From contig JBHGNT010000001.1 of NCBI GenBank assembly GCA_043228905.1, forward strand, positions 18,786,001-18,850,000: a stretch of 64,000 nucleotides of DNA, read 5' to 3'. Of this stretch, positions 1-13,420 are shown piece by piece. Within the stretch, counting starts at the first letter, position 1. Every line of letters starts with the position of its first letter. The notes under the pieces were generated by a model. It was given only the letters and a program-made list of their open reading frames with translations. It was not told the origin of the DNA and searched no databases. The DNA is from Azolla caroliniana (Eukaryota > Plantae > Polypodiophyta). Both the position numbers and the translations under genes were made by a program.

Positions 1-37
1 GCATAAGCAGACAGGTCCGCAAACGTTTTCCGCATAC

Positions 38-503
38 TGTTACCGATACAGAACACTGTCTATCTTCAGTCCTTCGAGATAGACTTCAAGGTGATTGCGT
101 GACAAGGTATGCTGTTACATGAGGCATAAGCTGTACTCCGTTGGTTGCGTAATAATGTGTATCTATGGGTGAAGGTTCACGGCTACGACCGAGAACCTGA
201 GTGTGCTACTACGCTAACTCTTACCCCACGCTTTCAACAACGCACTTACAAATAGTACAGGGATTCCACAAGATAGCATGGGTTGCACAGACACAGAAAA
301 TCAGAGAAGATAGGATTCTATTAGAAAAGAAAGAATCACACGCTTAAAAATTACACGCTACCTCTTATAGAGGATTTCTGCCCTTTATATACACAAGGCG
401 TTCAACCGTTCATGCATCTCGCGTGAACCGTTACATTTCTTTTCTTAACACTACTAATCTAATTACGCATTTTGTCCCGCGGTTACAATTCCGGCGGACA
501 ACA
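38..503 (-). repeat. 3' LTR of element A (466 bp, internally deleted)
   Basis: Matches 8685-9391 apart from ~240 bp missing after ...TATCTTCAGT; TG...CA termini. Confidence 0.9.
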
Positions 504-505
504 CC

Positions 506-522
506 TGGCACGCTTGTGGGAC
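506..522 (+). promoter_or_regulatory. Inverted PBS-like site at the PPT position of element A
   Basis: TGGCACGCTTGTGGGAC 2 nt from the 3' LTR, antisense to gag-pol; no purine tract abuts the LTR. Confidence 0.8.
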
Positions 523-3320
523 AGTGCCATGGCACGTCGGACCCATCCCTCTATTCGTCCTCTAAGATGTCCAGGATGTTCGGCTCTGCTCGCACGTTCT
601 GGTCTGGAGATGGCGTAGTGTCCGTTGGTGCTTTGTTGCTCTGTTGCGCGCCCTGTTCCTCTTCAGTCGGCGTGGGGGTTTCTACGTTGTCCACTTCTCC
701 CTCCGTGGTCGGAGCCAGCTCTGCTAGCTCGCTCTTGTCTGCTACGTCTGGCGCTTCCGTCTGTGGGCAAGCGGTTGACTAAGGCTCTGTCCTATCCGTA
801 TCGTTCTCCATGTTGCCAGGCGTAGTTGTTATTTTTGGTGAATTGGGCCGAGACTCTTCGTGCTTGGTGGAATTGGTATCGGGTACCGTAGTAGGCTTCG
901 TACGCTATTGCTCACTCCTAATCTCCATTAGTCAGCTGAAAATATCCTCTTGACTTTTCCCGAAGTCGTCTAACAGCTGTGAGAGTTCCTGGGAGTGTTG
1001 GTCCGCTAGCGTGTGATAATCCTATGTTAGGTCCTCGCGTACTGTCGCAATGCCTTCCTCATTGAGTTTGTAGAAACTTCGGCCTTCTTTCCTTCGGTTC
1101 TCCCAGTCGGCCTGGTAGGTATGCAACTCCGCCACTTGTGTTGCCCATGCCATCCAGCCTTTGTCTAGCGCCGTTTTTAATTTCGCCGTAAACCTCTCCC
1201 GATTGGTTTGAAGAAGTATGCGTACATTATCTGCTATCACTTGGGAGCGGTTTTGCGCTTCTTCCAGGGTTTTATTGAGGTTTTTGATTTCTCGCTTATT
1301 AACTGCGGCCGTGTCCTCATAATGGTTTTTCATCTCTGCCCATATCTGGGACTCTTTCAAGTGTAATTCCTCCAGCCGGCCCATTTCATTGTTCAGGCAG
1401 ACTTCTACCTGATGTGTCACCTCCCGTTCCCATACGAGCTACTCGTCGTACCACACTTTCTTCTTTGCCAATAACTCCCGGAGCCCTGAGATTGCCGCTT
1501 CTGACTTTTGGGCTTCCTCCCGTAGCTTGGTGTTTTCTTCTTTCGTGCTGGTGTGAACTGTTGCCTCTGCTTCGAGTTTCTCTTCGAGTGCCTTCACTGC
1601 CCTTCGACCTTTGGCCTGGATGTCCTTTTCTTTGTCAGAGGATTGGCGGAGTTCGGCGTGGAAGCGGTCAATCTCAGACTCCGCAAGCTGTGTAGCCCTT
1701 TTTGCTTTAGCGACGATGGCCTTTTGTGCTACAATATCCTCATGTAGGGTTATCGATGTGTCTTCACCTGCTATTGGTTCGAGGTTTTGCGGTGCCATAG
1801 TGACGCTGTGTTCTAGCTCCGTAATGCACTCTTGGGCCTTCTGTAATTGGGCTTGAGTCAGCTTGACTGTTTTCCAAACGTTTTTATTCTTGATAGCCAT
1901 ATCCTTGGCCCCCACACTAACTCTAGCCAATTCCCGATGTGCCTCGACCAAGGCTGCATTCAATGGGGGTAGTTCAATGCCCATACGCCGAATCCCCGCG
2001 TTCCGCTGCCTACCTACCTTGGCTAGAGGCACCTCATCCTCGCTTTTCGCTATTTGCGTTAGCGTGCACTCCACCATCTACTACTTGTCAAGTTCTTCGG
2101 CCATTCGCTGCGACACCTTGATCTGCTGAGTCGCTAGAAATTCCATGAGCTCATATGAGGTACCATACTGTAATAATGCATTGAACTCATGTGCTGTGTC
2201 TGGATTGTCCGGATATGTCAGGACTTCGCTTTCTGTCGTAAGCACTCCTTTGCCCCACTGAGATTGTGCCGTAATGATGGGTCGCGGTTCGCGGAATATC
2301 TCCAGTGTTGTAGTGGGCTCTGCAGGATTGGTCATTTCAGTGGTGAAGACCGTATCTTTTACCAATCCCTGGCCGTCCTTTTGGTCTAATCTCTACCGCT
2401 TGGGTCTAGGACTATCACCGGCGGGCTCTTGCTCCGCTGCTGTCGTGGAGGGCTGCATCTCTGCGTCTTTGGCCGGTGGCTCCTTCTGTGTCGTCCGTTG
2501 GGTGGAAGGAGAAGGTTGTGCTTCTTCCTCCCATTCGTTGGTAGCTAACTCTACTAGCCGTCGTTTCGCAGATCGCGGCGGAGGTGTCGGTTTGCTTGGT
2601 GTGGGGGCGGGGAGTTTGCGAAGGGGAAATAGTACGGTAAGGTACTGTTGAATTATCGGCCGGAGTTTTTTTCCAGCTTGATACGCGTAGAGTCCTTCCC
2701 TAAGTGCTGGCCCTGTGATTACACCCCAATCTACGACATGTCCTTCGAAGGTTTCGATGATGATGCCTGCTTTTTGTTTACGCACCTGACCTCTGGGAGG
2801 AACTTAGCGACTTCCCAAAAAAATGGATTTGGAATATCCTTCGTTCTGTATGCCTTAGCCGACGTTGAATATTCTCCAAAGTATTTCCCGAGCGTTTCTG
2901 CAAGAGAGATGTTGAAGTGCCTTTCGCCTATCACTGAAGTTTCTTCTGAACGGTAGCGTTCATCACTGTGTCGATATTTAGCTTCTTGGCTATGTCAAGA
3001 GCCTTAGGATGCAGTGGCGCTTCGGCGACCTTGATATAGCCCTCAAACCCCTTTTCTAGGAGCCATTTGCGTAGAGCTACAGAGATAGTGATCGGCATCG
3101 GGGGTGGATGGGGCTCGTGAAGGCTAGTCGCAGATTGCAGGTTATGGTGAGCGCGAGCTCTGTTGTATGGTGGAGAGCGAGGCGAGCGAAGAGAGCGAGG
3201 AGAGGTTTGTTGTCTGTAATGCGCAAAAAACCTTCTGCTCTCTTTTTGTGGTCTAGGGTGCATTGGTCTATGTGACATTGTAGTGCCGCGTGTTCTTGTC
3301 CTAAAAGTTTGTGCATGCAT
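520..3320 (-). pseudogene. Extra ORF downstream of pol (N-terminal VDW-motif domain, long coiled coil, acidic tail), broken by stops and frameshifts
   Basis: Chain of minus-strand ORFs 2931-3320, 2731-2934, 2393-2785, 2081-2365, 1439-2077, 1022-1420; homologous to 45986-48499 (YFGEYS..KAYR, GIII.T.EG..VDW). Boundaries approximate. Confidence 0.75.
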
Positions 3321-3417
3321 AAAGTCCCTTTTAATAGTCGTGACTACCTTCTTTTACTATTATTTTAAATACATGATTACTATTACAATATTTTACAAGT
3401 GGCCCGCAGCTTAATAA

Positions 3418-6400
3418 TTATTGTATGAGCCCCTCTACTGTGTCAGGCACGACGTGGAACGGGTTTGGAGGCGTAGGTCCCAGATAGGGTTTCAATCGGA
3501 ACCCATTTACTTTTTGTCGAAGTACCTCCCCGGCCAAGGTGCCTAATTGAAAAGTGCCGTTTTCCGCTCCGACTATCCAGTACGGCCCCGTCCAGCAGAA
3601 TCTTAATTTTCTGGGCATTTGGCCCATGCGTGTTTGAAAAACCAATATGACCTTTCCGACTACGAAGTCCTTCCCTCGTGTGACTCAATGACGATCGACG
3701 AATGCTTTATGCAGTCTCTGTTCCTACTCCAATATGGCCATACTACGTACCCGAGCCTCTCCTAATTCGAGGAGTTGTAACCGTAGTTGCTCGGACTGGC
3801 CTTCCACCAGGCGGTCTCACACATGAATCCACAGACTTGGCACCTAGAATTTGACGGGCATTACGGCTTCTAACCCATATGCCAGCCAGAATGGCATAGA
3901 TAGATTGTATAGTTGTCTTATAATTGGTTCGATACGCCCACAAAGCGTTGTGCAATTTAGTGTCCCAGTCCATTCTATTTTCATTCACGATCTTCTTCAG
4001 TATTTTCTGCAAGATTTTGTTCGTGGACTCCGCTAGTCCATTCGCCTGTGGATAGTACGACGTGCTTTTCTTATGGACAACGACGCAATGGTGCGTGAGC
4101 TCATGGATGACTGAATTCAAAAAGTGACTCCCTTGATCACTGATGAGCTCGATGGGGCAACCAAAACGGCACCAAATGTATTCATATAAAGATTTTGCTA
4201 TAGACGCCACCATATTGTCCCGTAGCGCCTTTGCTTCCACCCACTTAGTGCAAGAGTTCGTGGCTACCAGAATATATCTATTACCTGTTCGCGTTGCTGC
4301 TGGTGTAAAGGGTCCCACAAAATCAAGACCCCACTTCTGGAATGGATCTAGCAGAAGAACGGGTTGATGTGGCATCCTCGCACCCTCCGTGGGCTGACCC
4401 AATCGTTGGCATAAATCACATTGCTTGCAATAGAGGCGTGCGTCCTTTTGCGTGGTCGGCCACCATAGACCGGCTTGCAATATTTTTCTGGACAAAAGTT
4501 ACGGCTACGGACAACCAATCGCTTCTTTTCATCTGTCCTTAATTGTGGTAGTGGTATTCCTGTAGTCAGAAAGTACGTCATTTCCATTAGCCATCGATCT
4601 AGAAAATTTTTCTCTTCCCGTGACGCTACCATCACGACCTGCATAACGTCCGCATCGGGAAAGTCATCGTCATCTTCCCTTGCAATTTCCCCGTTATCCA
4701 CCTTGCTCAAGAAATCTGCTACGACGTGGCGTTCCTGGGCGAGGCTGAATTATGAAGTTGAATTCTTGGAGCAATAGCATCCATCTAGCCAGTTTACATG
4801 TCAGCGCCTGTTTCTCCACAAGGTAGAGCAATGCCGCATGATCTATGTGAAACGTAAATTTCCGCCCCAGGAGATAATGGCGGAATTTATTAATGCTATA
4901 TATCATTCCCAGTGTCCCGTTCTGTTGTGGAATAGTTCTGTTCGGCCGTTGATAGCTTCCGACTGGCGTAATAGACTGGTCTGTACCAATTCGGTTCTAT
5001 GAGCTGCATCAACGCACTGCCTATTGCTATATTTGAAGCATCCACAAAAACGTGGAACGTTTCACCCAATTTGGTGGTTCTACGACCGGTGCTTGCGTTA
5101 ACATTATTTTAAGTGCGTCGTACGCTTTTTCTTCGACTGCCATCCATTTGAAAGGTGTACAATGTACGACGGCGTGTAGTGGCGTAGCGAAATCTGCCAG
5201 ATACCGTAACATACAACTATGCCAACGTATCTATCCCAAAAAACAGCTAAGGGCTTTGGTAGTTGTTGGTGTTTTTGCTTGAATGATTGTGGAAATTTTA
5301 TTTGGGTCTACCGCTATCCCTTGCTTACGATGTGGCCGAGAAGGGCTCCATTGGTGACGCCGAATGCGCATTTAGCCGGATTCAGACTTAAGCGTGAAGT
5401 ACGACAACGCTCCGGACAAAGTTGTAAATGACTTAGATGTTCGGTTGTTGCCCCATACACCGCGAAATCATCCAGAAAGACTTGTAGAAAGGCGGGTATG
5501 TATTCCCCAAAAATTTCCGTAATTGTCCGTTGGAATGGGGCAGACACCGTCTTTAGCCCAAACATCATGACTACCGCGACATAAACCCCCCAGTCGGTGA
5601 CAAATGCCGTCTTCTCTTGGTTGTCAGGATGCATGCGCACTTGATTATATCCGCTGAAGCCATCCAGAATAGTGTACATGTCATGCCCTGTGACTACATC
5701 TAATACGCTGTCGGTGAAAGGTAAGGGGAACGCATCTGTAATTGTTACGGCGTTCAATTCCCAATATTCTATGCAAACGCGGATTTTGCCCTTTTTCTTC
5801 AGTACTACGATTATTGGGCTTAGCCACGTAGCTTGCTTAACCGGTCGAATAAACCCTGCCTTGAGAAGTTTGTCAATTTCCTCTTTTACGCGAGCCACGT
5901 AATTCAGATTCATGCGATATCGACGTTGTTGTACGGGTTTCGCATCGGTAGCTAAGTTGATCTTATGCTGGTAAAACTTCGGGTCCAACCCCTTCATGTC
6001 TTCGTGGGACCAAGCGAACACATCTTTATAGTCCTTGAGTAGTGCTATCATTGCTTCCTTTTGACTCGGGGATAAATCATTTGCAATCGAAAGCACTCGT
6101 GGATTCGTTGTCATTTCGATGTTGACGTCCTCCAATGCTGAGGCTGAGACTCACTGTGAGATTTCCATTTCCCGGTCAAACACTGCTCGTGCCCTGCTTA
6201 ACTCTAGTAACGATTCTGGATCTGGCTCGTATGCCTCTTCCTAAAGCGTATTACATGGTGTGTAGTCCGCAACGGTTTCCATAATATCAATTTCAAATAA
6301 TGGGACGATCCGCGGGTGGTCATCAAGGTATGCTTCCAGCTCCGCATCATCTACCCCCCTTTCTAGCATATTTATGTCTTTTGCATATAATGGTGTTATG

Positions 6401-8630
6401 CCCTTGGGTTGTGCAACCATTTCCTGAGTGGGTACGCGGATTTTGTCGCGTCCTCGTCGGAAACTGATACAGTTATGCTGCTAGTCTTGTTTGATGTTAG
6501 CCGCTCGAAGCCATGGCCTGCCGAGGAATATTGGGTACACTCCTGGTGCGTCCAGTGCCAATACTACTGCCGAAATGTCAAAATGATGACCGCCGACGAT
6601 AATGCCTAATTTCCTGATCAACCCTAAGGGTCGGGCAGATCTAGTGTCTACCATGCGAAGCCAAAAAGGGAAAACTTCCCAATTCAAAATTCCTAATCAT
6701 TTGCATGTAGTCTTACTAATGACATGGATGCCAGAACCCCCATCGACTATACATCCGTCGACTTCTTGACCCTGTATCACTAGTTGAATGGCTGGTTTGT
6801 GATGGTCTACTACCGTTGGACCGGAACTGATTTCTGCAAAATTTGTCGAGACATCTATCCCCAATGTTCCCGTATTGCGATTCTCCACTGCTTGTCGGAA
6901 ACGTTGAACCAGTCGAAGGAGCTTCTCCATGGTCATCGTTATCTCGCAGTCCGCCAGTGCCTGCCATATGGAATCTGGTGATGCCATATCTTCTCCCCTT
7001 GGTAAGTTGTTTGCGGATTCCTACCTCATACATTCCGTATTTTCCATGTTAGCTTTTTCTACCCAGGCTTGGGCCGCTTTGCGTATCTCCTCTTGCACAG
7101 TTCAGTCCGCGTTCTTGGTTTGTTGTCGTGTTGTCACTTGTTGAACTTCCACTGTAATCGTATTTACGGCGGGTCCTTTGCCTTTGTGAAGTGGACACTA
7201 AGTCGTGTAATGTTAGGGTTGTTGGCATACGAAACAATGGACACTGGACTTCACTTGTCTCTCTTCCTAGCGGTATAGCCGTTTCCGTGGCTATTACTGG
7301 TTCATCCCGGTTTGGTTGGAACCTCCTGTTATTCCGTGGGGGGTGCTGGGATTTGCGATGTGTCCCTTGGTGCTATTCATCTTCTGAACTTTCGTCATAC
7401 CGCCGTTGGTCCTTATACTGCCTATTATGTCCCTGTGGTCGTGGTCCATTGAATCCCCCGTGATTGGTTGCAAAATGTTGATTGTTATAATGATGCCCAC
7501 CTTTATTATATCGGTTGTTGCCCTGATATTCTTCGTCCTCCAATTCCTCTTCATCGGAATATAAGTTGTTGTTCCGATGATTATGGTAATGATGATCTTC
7601 GCACGGATTTCGTTCCGTATACCGGGGACGTTCCTCTTGTCGCCCTTGATCATTTTGGCGAAGTGGCCTTTGTGGTTCTACGTGTCGTACTATGGGTGTA
7701 GGTCTATTAAGCATATTGTATTCACACTGCTCGACCGTGTGTGCCTTTGAGTGACAAATTGGGTAATGAATTTGCATATTGCATTCCACTATGGAATGCC
7801 CAGAGTTGAGATAGATTGTGCACTAAATAGCTTGGCGGAAGCAGTGTTCCTCGTCTTGAGGTAACACCTGGTGTAACGACATGGAAAATCCGTCATCTTC
7901 TTCTTTCAATTCGAGTTGTAATGCTCGCTCTATAACCATGTCGGTTGTTTCCCCTTTCACACTATGCGTGTTTAGCGTCGTTCTGATTGGTCGTTAGAGA
8001 GCTGCCAAAAAAGTCTCCTTAGCTTCCTCATCTGTTGGGGCCCGTGTAAGCTGCCGTTGTAGACTTTGGAATCGTAGACTAAAATCCGCAACGAATTCTG
8101 TTGGCGATTGCTTGATGGTGTAAAATTGCCCAATAATCTCTCGTTGTGGTACCCTTCTATGAAAAAATCGCAAGAATGTTGATTGCAACTGATTGAATGT
8201 CGTGATTGCTGCCAAGTCCATCTGAGAGTGCCAGCACGCTGCTCTCCCATCCAGAGTTAATCCGAACTCTGCAATCTTCGATTCGTGCGCTTCCGCTACT
8301 GGAAACTGTTGCGCCAAGTGATTAGCGTTCCAAACATTCAGGAACAGCCAGGTGTGGCTTGCGGCGTTTGTTCCGTCGTTGAAACATGGATAGGAGAAGG
8401 TATTCCGGACGCTATGGCAGCTAGGGAAGGACCACGATTCTTGTGTGGTGATAGAGGACTTCCTTCTTGATGTCGCAGTGTTTTGTGAGCGTGGAGTCAA
8501 CTTTGTATTCCTGCAAGGAATAGCTAAAGCGAGGTTTTTGCTTTGCGCGCTCCTTTGTTTGGCGTGTGATGGACCTCGTGCGTGGTCGATCTTGTCGGGT
8601 CCGTTCTCTGGGTCGTCTACGATTAGACAT
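3418..8630 (-). pseudogene. gag-pol of element A (disrupted)
   Basis: Gag (FGLTLDGRAACWH, CCHC knuckles), protease IVDGGSG, RT WLSPII..KK.GKIRVC / LDGFSGYNQV / VFLDDFAVY, RNase H FRHYLLGRKF, integrase C..CDLCQ / WGLDFVGP / ISDQGSHF / YYPQANGLAE, GPY tail. Confidence 0.9.
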
Positions 8631-8666
8631 CCATCCCTTGCTGTTCGTCTGCGAGAAATCATAGAT

Positions 8667-8680
8667 CACCGGGCATGCCA
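8667..8680 (-). promoter_or_regulatory. Primer-binding site of element A (tRNA-Arg-like)
   Basis: TGGCATGCCCGGTG 4 nt after the 5' LTR; resembles the Arg-type PBS of Tat-lineage elements (tRNA identity recalled, not searched). Confidence 0.75.
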
Positions 8681-8684
8681 AATG

Positions 8685-9391
8685 TGTTACCGATACGGAA
8701 CACTGTCTATCTTCAGTGGCCGCTTGCTGTATCAACAAGTGGTGCCTACTTTCCGATCCAATAAAAGGTATAACATAATCTGGTACGCAAAGAAGCTCGC
8801 GTCCATGAATACAGGCTCGGCTAGACCCATTGAGCGGTTCTTTACCGAGGGATTGAGGCGACCCGGAGCAGCAACACTCTGTAGCTGGCTCGGGCTTTTC
8901 GTGCGTGTTTCTCAATTTTTGTTTTGCCTTCTCGCGCGCGAATCTTCACATAGTAGAATTTTGTGGGATAGACTTCAAGGTGATTACGTGACAAGGTATG
9001 CTGTTACACGAGGCATGAGCCGTACTCCATTGGTTGCGTAATAATGCGTATCTATGGATGAAGGTTCACGGCTATGACTGAGAACCTGAGTGCGCTAGTA
9101 CGCTAACTCTTACCCCATGCTTTCAACAACGCACTTACGAATAGTATAGGGATTCCACAAGATAGCACGGGTTGCACAGACATAGAAAATAAGAGAAGAT
9201 AGGATTCTATTAGAAAAGAAAGAACTTCACGCTTAAAAATTACATGCTACCTCTTACAGAGGATTTCTGCCCTTTATATACACAGGGCATTCAGCCGTTC
9301 ACGCTTCCCGTGTGAGCGTTACATTTCTTTTCTTAACGCTACTAATCTAATTACGCATTCTGTTCGGCGGTTACAATTCCGGCGGACAACA
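8685..9391 (-). repeat. 5' LTR of element A (707 bp)
   Basis: TG...CA, homologous to 38-503, followed on the minus strand by PBS and gag. Confidence 0.9.
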
Positions 9392-9396
9392 CATAC

Positions 9397-11631
9397 GTAT
9401 ACATAGATATAGACAGTTTGGACAAAGATATCCGAATACGAAGATTCAATCGACAATGCGTCAACTCACTCCCTTAAGAGTGAGTTCAAAGGCCTGGACA
9501 TCCCGATCTTCCAGAAGAATGGAGCATTTGTCTCCACGAACGAGAAGCTACGCCGGTCCACCCGTGAAATGAACCCCGTAAGCCGATTCGGCTACAATGA
9601 ATACATGGCGTACCATTATGCCTTTATGATGAAGGTAGCGACTGCATGGGAGCCAGAAACGCTTTCCGAAGCAGTGAAGGACCCAATGAACGAGGAAATG
9701 TAGGCCTTGTGCAAAAACGAGACATGGGATCTTGTTCCCCATTCACCTCACAGGAAAGTGATTCGTTGCAGATGGATCTATAAGGTCAAATACAATACCG
9801 ACGGCACTGTAAATCGCTTCAAAGTATGACTCGTCGCCAAAGAATATGCACAAACACACGGAGTCAATTACGAGGAGACCTTTGCCCCAATGGCAAAGAT
9901 GACGATTGTGCGAACCGTAATTGCACTCGCAGCTGCAAAAGGGTGGCATCTCCACCAAATGGATGTAAAGAACGCCTTCCTACAAGGCGAATTAGAAGAG
10001 GAGGTGTACATGATGTAACCGCCTAGATTCGAATCGTGTACTCAGCCGAAAGTTGTGTGCCGACTCAAGAAGCCAATTTACGGCCTCAAGCAAGCACTGC
10101 GTGCTTGGCATTTGAAGATCACTCAATATCGTCACCAAATCGGTTTTCGAATGTCGAAATTAGACAACTCCCTCTACATCCTAAACGAACCGCACAACCC
10201 GATTGCCATTATCCTATATGTGGATGATCTAGTAATCGGAGGAAAGAAGGATCTAGCCTGGAGCATTAAGGTCAAATCCCTCCTATCCAGTAGATTTGAA
10301 TTGGAAGACTTGCACAAGCTCCATTACTTTCTTGGCATCAAAGTAATTCGAACACTAATAGGGATATTGATCTCTCAACGGCACTACGTTCTCAACTTAC
10401 TCAACAAGTTCGGAATGACCGAGTGCAAACCCGTGGCCCTCTCGACCAAAATCTCAAGCTCAAAGTCGATTCGGGCACAACCGAGTGCGATCCGACTAAG
10501 TATTGACAACTGATCGGCAACCTAATTTATCTAACCATCACACGACTCGATCTCAGCTATTCAGGTGGCCTACTTAGCCAATTCATGTAGAACCCACGAA
10601 ATGATCATCTGGATTGCACTAAGAGGATACTTCGGTATGCTAGTACGACGACGGATTATGGCATAATGTATAAGTCAGATACGCTTATTCGACTCAAAGG
10701 GTACACAAACGCCAACGGGGCCAGTTATAAGGCCGATAGACGATCCACTTCCGGATTCGTCTTCTCACTTGGCAGCGGAGCGATCTCCTGGAGCAGCAAG
10801 AAACAACCGATAGTCGTACTGTCGAGCACGGAGGCCGAATATAGCGGCGCGACAATTGCCGCATGCGAAACTATCTGGCTCAAACACATCTTGAAGGACC
10901 TGGGCATTCCCATTACGGATCCAATTTGCCCCTTCTGGGACAACATGAGCAACATCTACCTCACTCGGAACCCCGTATTCCATGCATAGACTAAACACAT
11001 TGAAGTGCACTACCATTCATTCGCGAGCACGCTCAGGCCGGTGAAATCGATCTCCAACACATCAGTATGAACCTTCAAGTTGCTGACATCTTTACGAAGG
11101 CCTTGGGAATCGACAAGCTCGGGAAATTCGCATTGGACCTCAGTTTCACAATCTCTACATTGCAGAGCTTGAGGGGGAGTACAACATCCGACACAGAAGT
11201 AGCCGGATCAGTTGATCGAAGCCGACAAGACTAGTTGGAGCATGATGGCACGAAGTCGAAAAGTCGAACAATCCAGTTCGAGGATTACAAAAGTCGGAAG
11301 TCGGACTCCGAAGACCTAACTGAAACAACTTTTCGACAGATGGAAGTTGTGTTCGAAGGGGAGTGTTGAGAGTCGAACTCAACTTCCCATAGAGATAGGT
11401 TTTGACACTAGCTCATGAACATACTAGGCTAGTTTTGTAAATAGTTGAAACGGCATTTGCCCTAGTCTAGTTGGTACTTAAACCAACCTTTTTGTAATTT
11501 AGTCACTGTTGTATGCAATATACAGTTTCTTGTTATAGTTCTCTCTCTCTCATTCTCTCTCTTGTCTCACGTGCACATACACACATGCAGATAGTCCTTC
11601 CGCTATACAAAATCACTCTTCATTCTTAATA
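9397..11631 (+). mobile_element. Decayed Ty1/copia 3' half (RT, RNase H, PPT, 3' LTR ~11364-11631); host of element A
   Basis: CRLKKPIYGLKQA, ILYVDDLVI, RRSTSGFVFSLGSGAISWSSKKQ, LSSTEAEY; GAAGGGGAG then TGTTGAGAG at 11364. Confidence 0.85.
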
Positions 11632-12870
11632 GTTTCAAACAAAAATGGGTGCTATGTCGGGAAAACTGAGATTTTGATGGACTGGTCCTTTTTGGATTGT
11701 CAACAACAACAATGGCACGTATCAGGTCGGCACATTAGCTGGTCAAGTCTTACAGAAGTGGGTCAATGGGTTTCGACTCAAGCCATATCGGGGACCGACC
11801 CCGACTAACCCATTCGAACAAGGCGATGCAATCGACAGTCGGTCGACTACCCCGTTAGGGTCCTGACCAATCTGACAGGGCATAATTGTAAATATTTTTA
11901 AAAAAGAAAAGAAAAGAAAAACAGAAAAGAAAAGAAAAAACAAATCTTGGCAGAAAAGAAACGTAACAGAAAAATCAATCTTGTCATCATTACTTCTCGG
12001 CTCTGTCCTTTTTAGACATTAAAAGAACTGGCATGCTTATGATTCGGTATTGATTACGAGTGGTGGCTATTGAAGGGCTATAAGTAGCGGTCGTCGATTT
12101 CGCAAAAAATCAGGACAGAGGGTACTAATCATGGGCAATGCACCAATTCTATGCGGTAATATCAAGAATCATAGGAGATGGTTCCGCAATCATTTGGTTC
12201 CAAAACCTGAGGTGGCAATTGCCATGCCCACCCCTAGTGGAGGAGCTAAAAGAAACGTTTTTGTCCACCCTTTCGGAGCTACGTCGAACGACCTTGGCGG
12301 TCGTCGATTTCACAGAGGGTACTAATCATGAACAATGCACCAATTCTAGTGAAAGCAGAGGAAAACTAAGGTGTTTGTCGATTCACACCGACACAATAAA
12401 GAAAAGCTATTTGACGCCAGTAAGCCGAACTTAGTGTTTCAAACAAAAATGGGTGCTATGCTGGCAAAACTGAGATATTGAGGGACTGGTCCTTATTGGG
12501 TTGTCGACAACAACAATGGCATGTATCAGGTCGGCACATTAGCTGGTCAAGTCTTACAGAAGTGGGTCAATGGGTTTCGACTCAAGCCATATCGGGGACC
12601 GATCCCGACTAACCCATTCGAACAAGGCGACGCAACTGATAGTCGGTCGACTACCCCGTATGGGTCGGTGGCCAATCTGATAGGGCATAATTGTAAATAT
12701 ATTTAAAAAAGAAAAGAAAAGAAAAAACAAATCTTAGCAAAAAACAAACGTAACAAAAAAATCAATCTTGTCATCATTACTTCTTGGCGCTGTCCTTTTC
12801 ACACTATAAAAGGACATCCATGCTTATGATTCAGATTGATTACAAGTGGTGGCTATTGAAGGGCTATTAG
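11632..12870 (+). repeat. Twice-duplicated integrase tail and post-pol spacer of a Phygy/Tat-like relic
   Basis: ~11632-12085 repeats at ~12436-12870 (FQTKMG..KLRF.WTGP..YQVGTLAGQVLQKWVNGFRLKPY plus A-rich spacer). Confidence 0.8.
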
Positions 12871-13220
12871 TAGCAAATTCCATTTTTACCGTTCTGTCTC
12901 GAATAATGGACCACTTTTTTACAATATCCCTTTCGGTTTCTTTCTCTATAATAGAAAAACATAGGAAAACACAGGCAAACAAAGCAAACATCATCCTCAC
13001 ACATGCAAACAACGAGCGAAATAGACAAAAGCAGTTGACCAAAGTCCTACACAAAGCACTTCAATTCTCTTTGCCATGTACTGACCACAACGAGGTCATC
13101 CACACAAAAGAGGTAGAAGACAACATGTCGATGTAGGTATGAGAATATTTGCACCAATGGCTGAAGACAAATTGGCTGGAGGGCTACCTGTTGGGATTTC
13201 GGTCCCTCCGGATGGGATGT

Positions 13221-13420
13221 CCGGATGATGAAGACCCCGGTTACGGAGCCGGATGAAGAGTACCCGGATACGGATCCGGATGATGAAGACCCCGGTTACG
13301 GAGCCGGATGAAGAGTACCCGGATACGGATCCGGATGATGAAGACCCCGGTTACGGAGCCGGATGAAGAGTACCCGGATACGGATCCGGATGATGAAGAC
13401 CCCGGTTACGGAGCCGGATG
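13221..13420 (+). repeat. 55-bp tandem repeat in copia U3 (3 units + partial in the 5' LTR; 4 units + partial at ~18043-18297)
   Basis: Unit CCGGATGATGAAGACCCCGGTTACGGAGCCGGATGAAGAGTACCCGGATACGGAT; LTR lengths 706 vs 761. Confidence 0.92.

Larger units (their letters stand above)
38..9391 (-). mobile_element. Full-length, decayed non-chromovirus Ty3/gypsy LTR retrotransposon (Phygy/Tat-like) with extra 3' ORF ('element A')
   Basis: Direct repeats TGTTACCGATAC...GGACAACA at 38-503 and 8685-9391; perfect 5-bp TSD CATAC (33-37, 9392-9396); minus-strand gag-PR-RT-RH-INT fragments in gypsy order; TATATAAA on the minus strand of the LTR. Confidence 0.93.

Noticed and set aside
38-9391. Element A really being plus-oriented, with 506-522 as its ordinary PBS
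   Set aside because: TATA box, gag-pol and a PBS after the other LTR are all on the minus strand, there is no PPT at the other end either, and D shows the same layout
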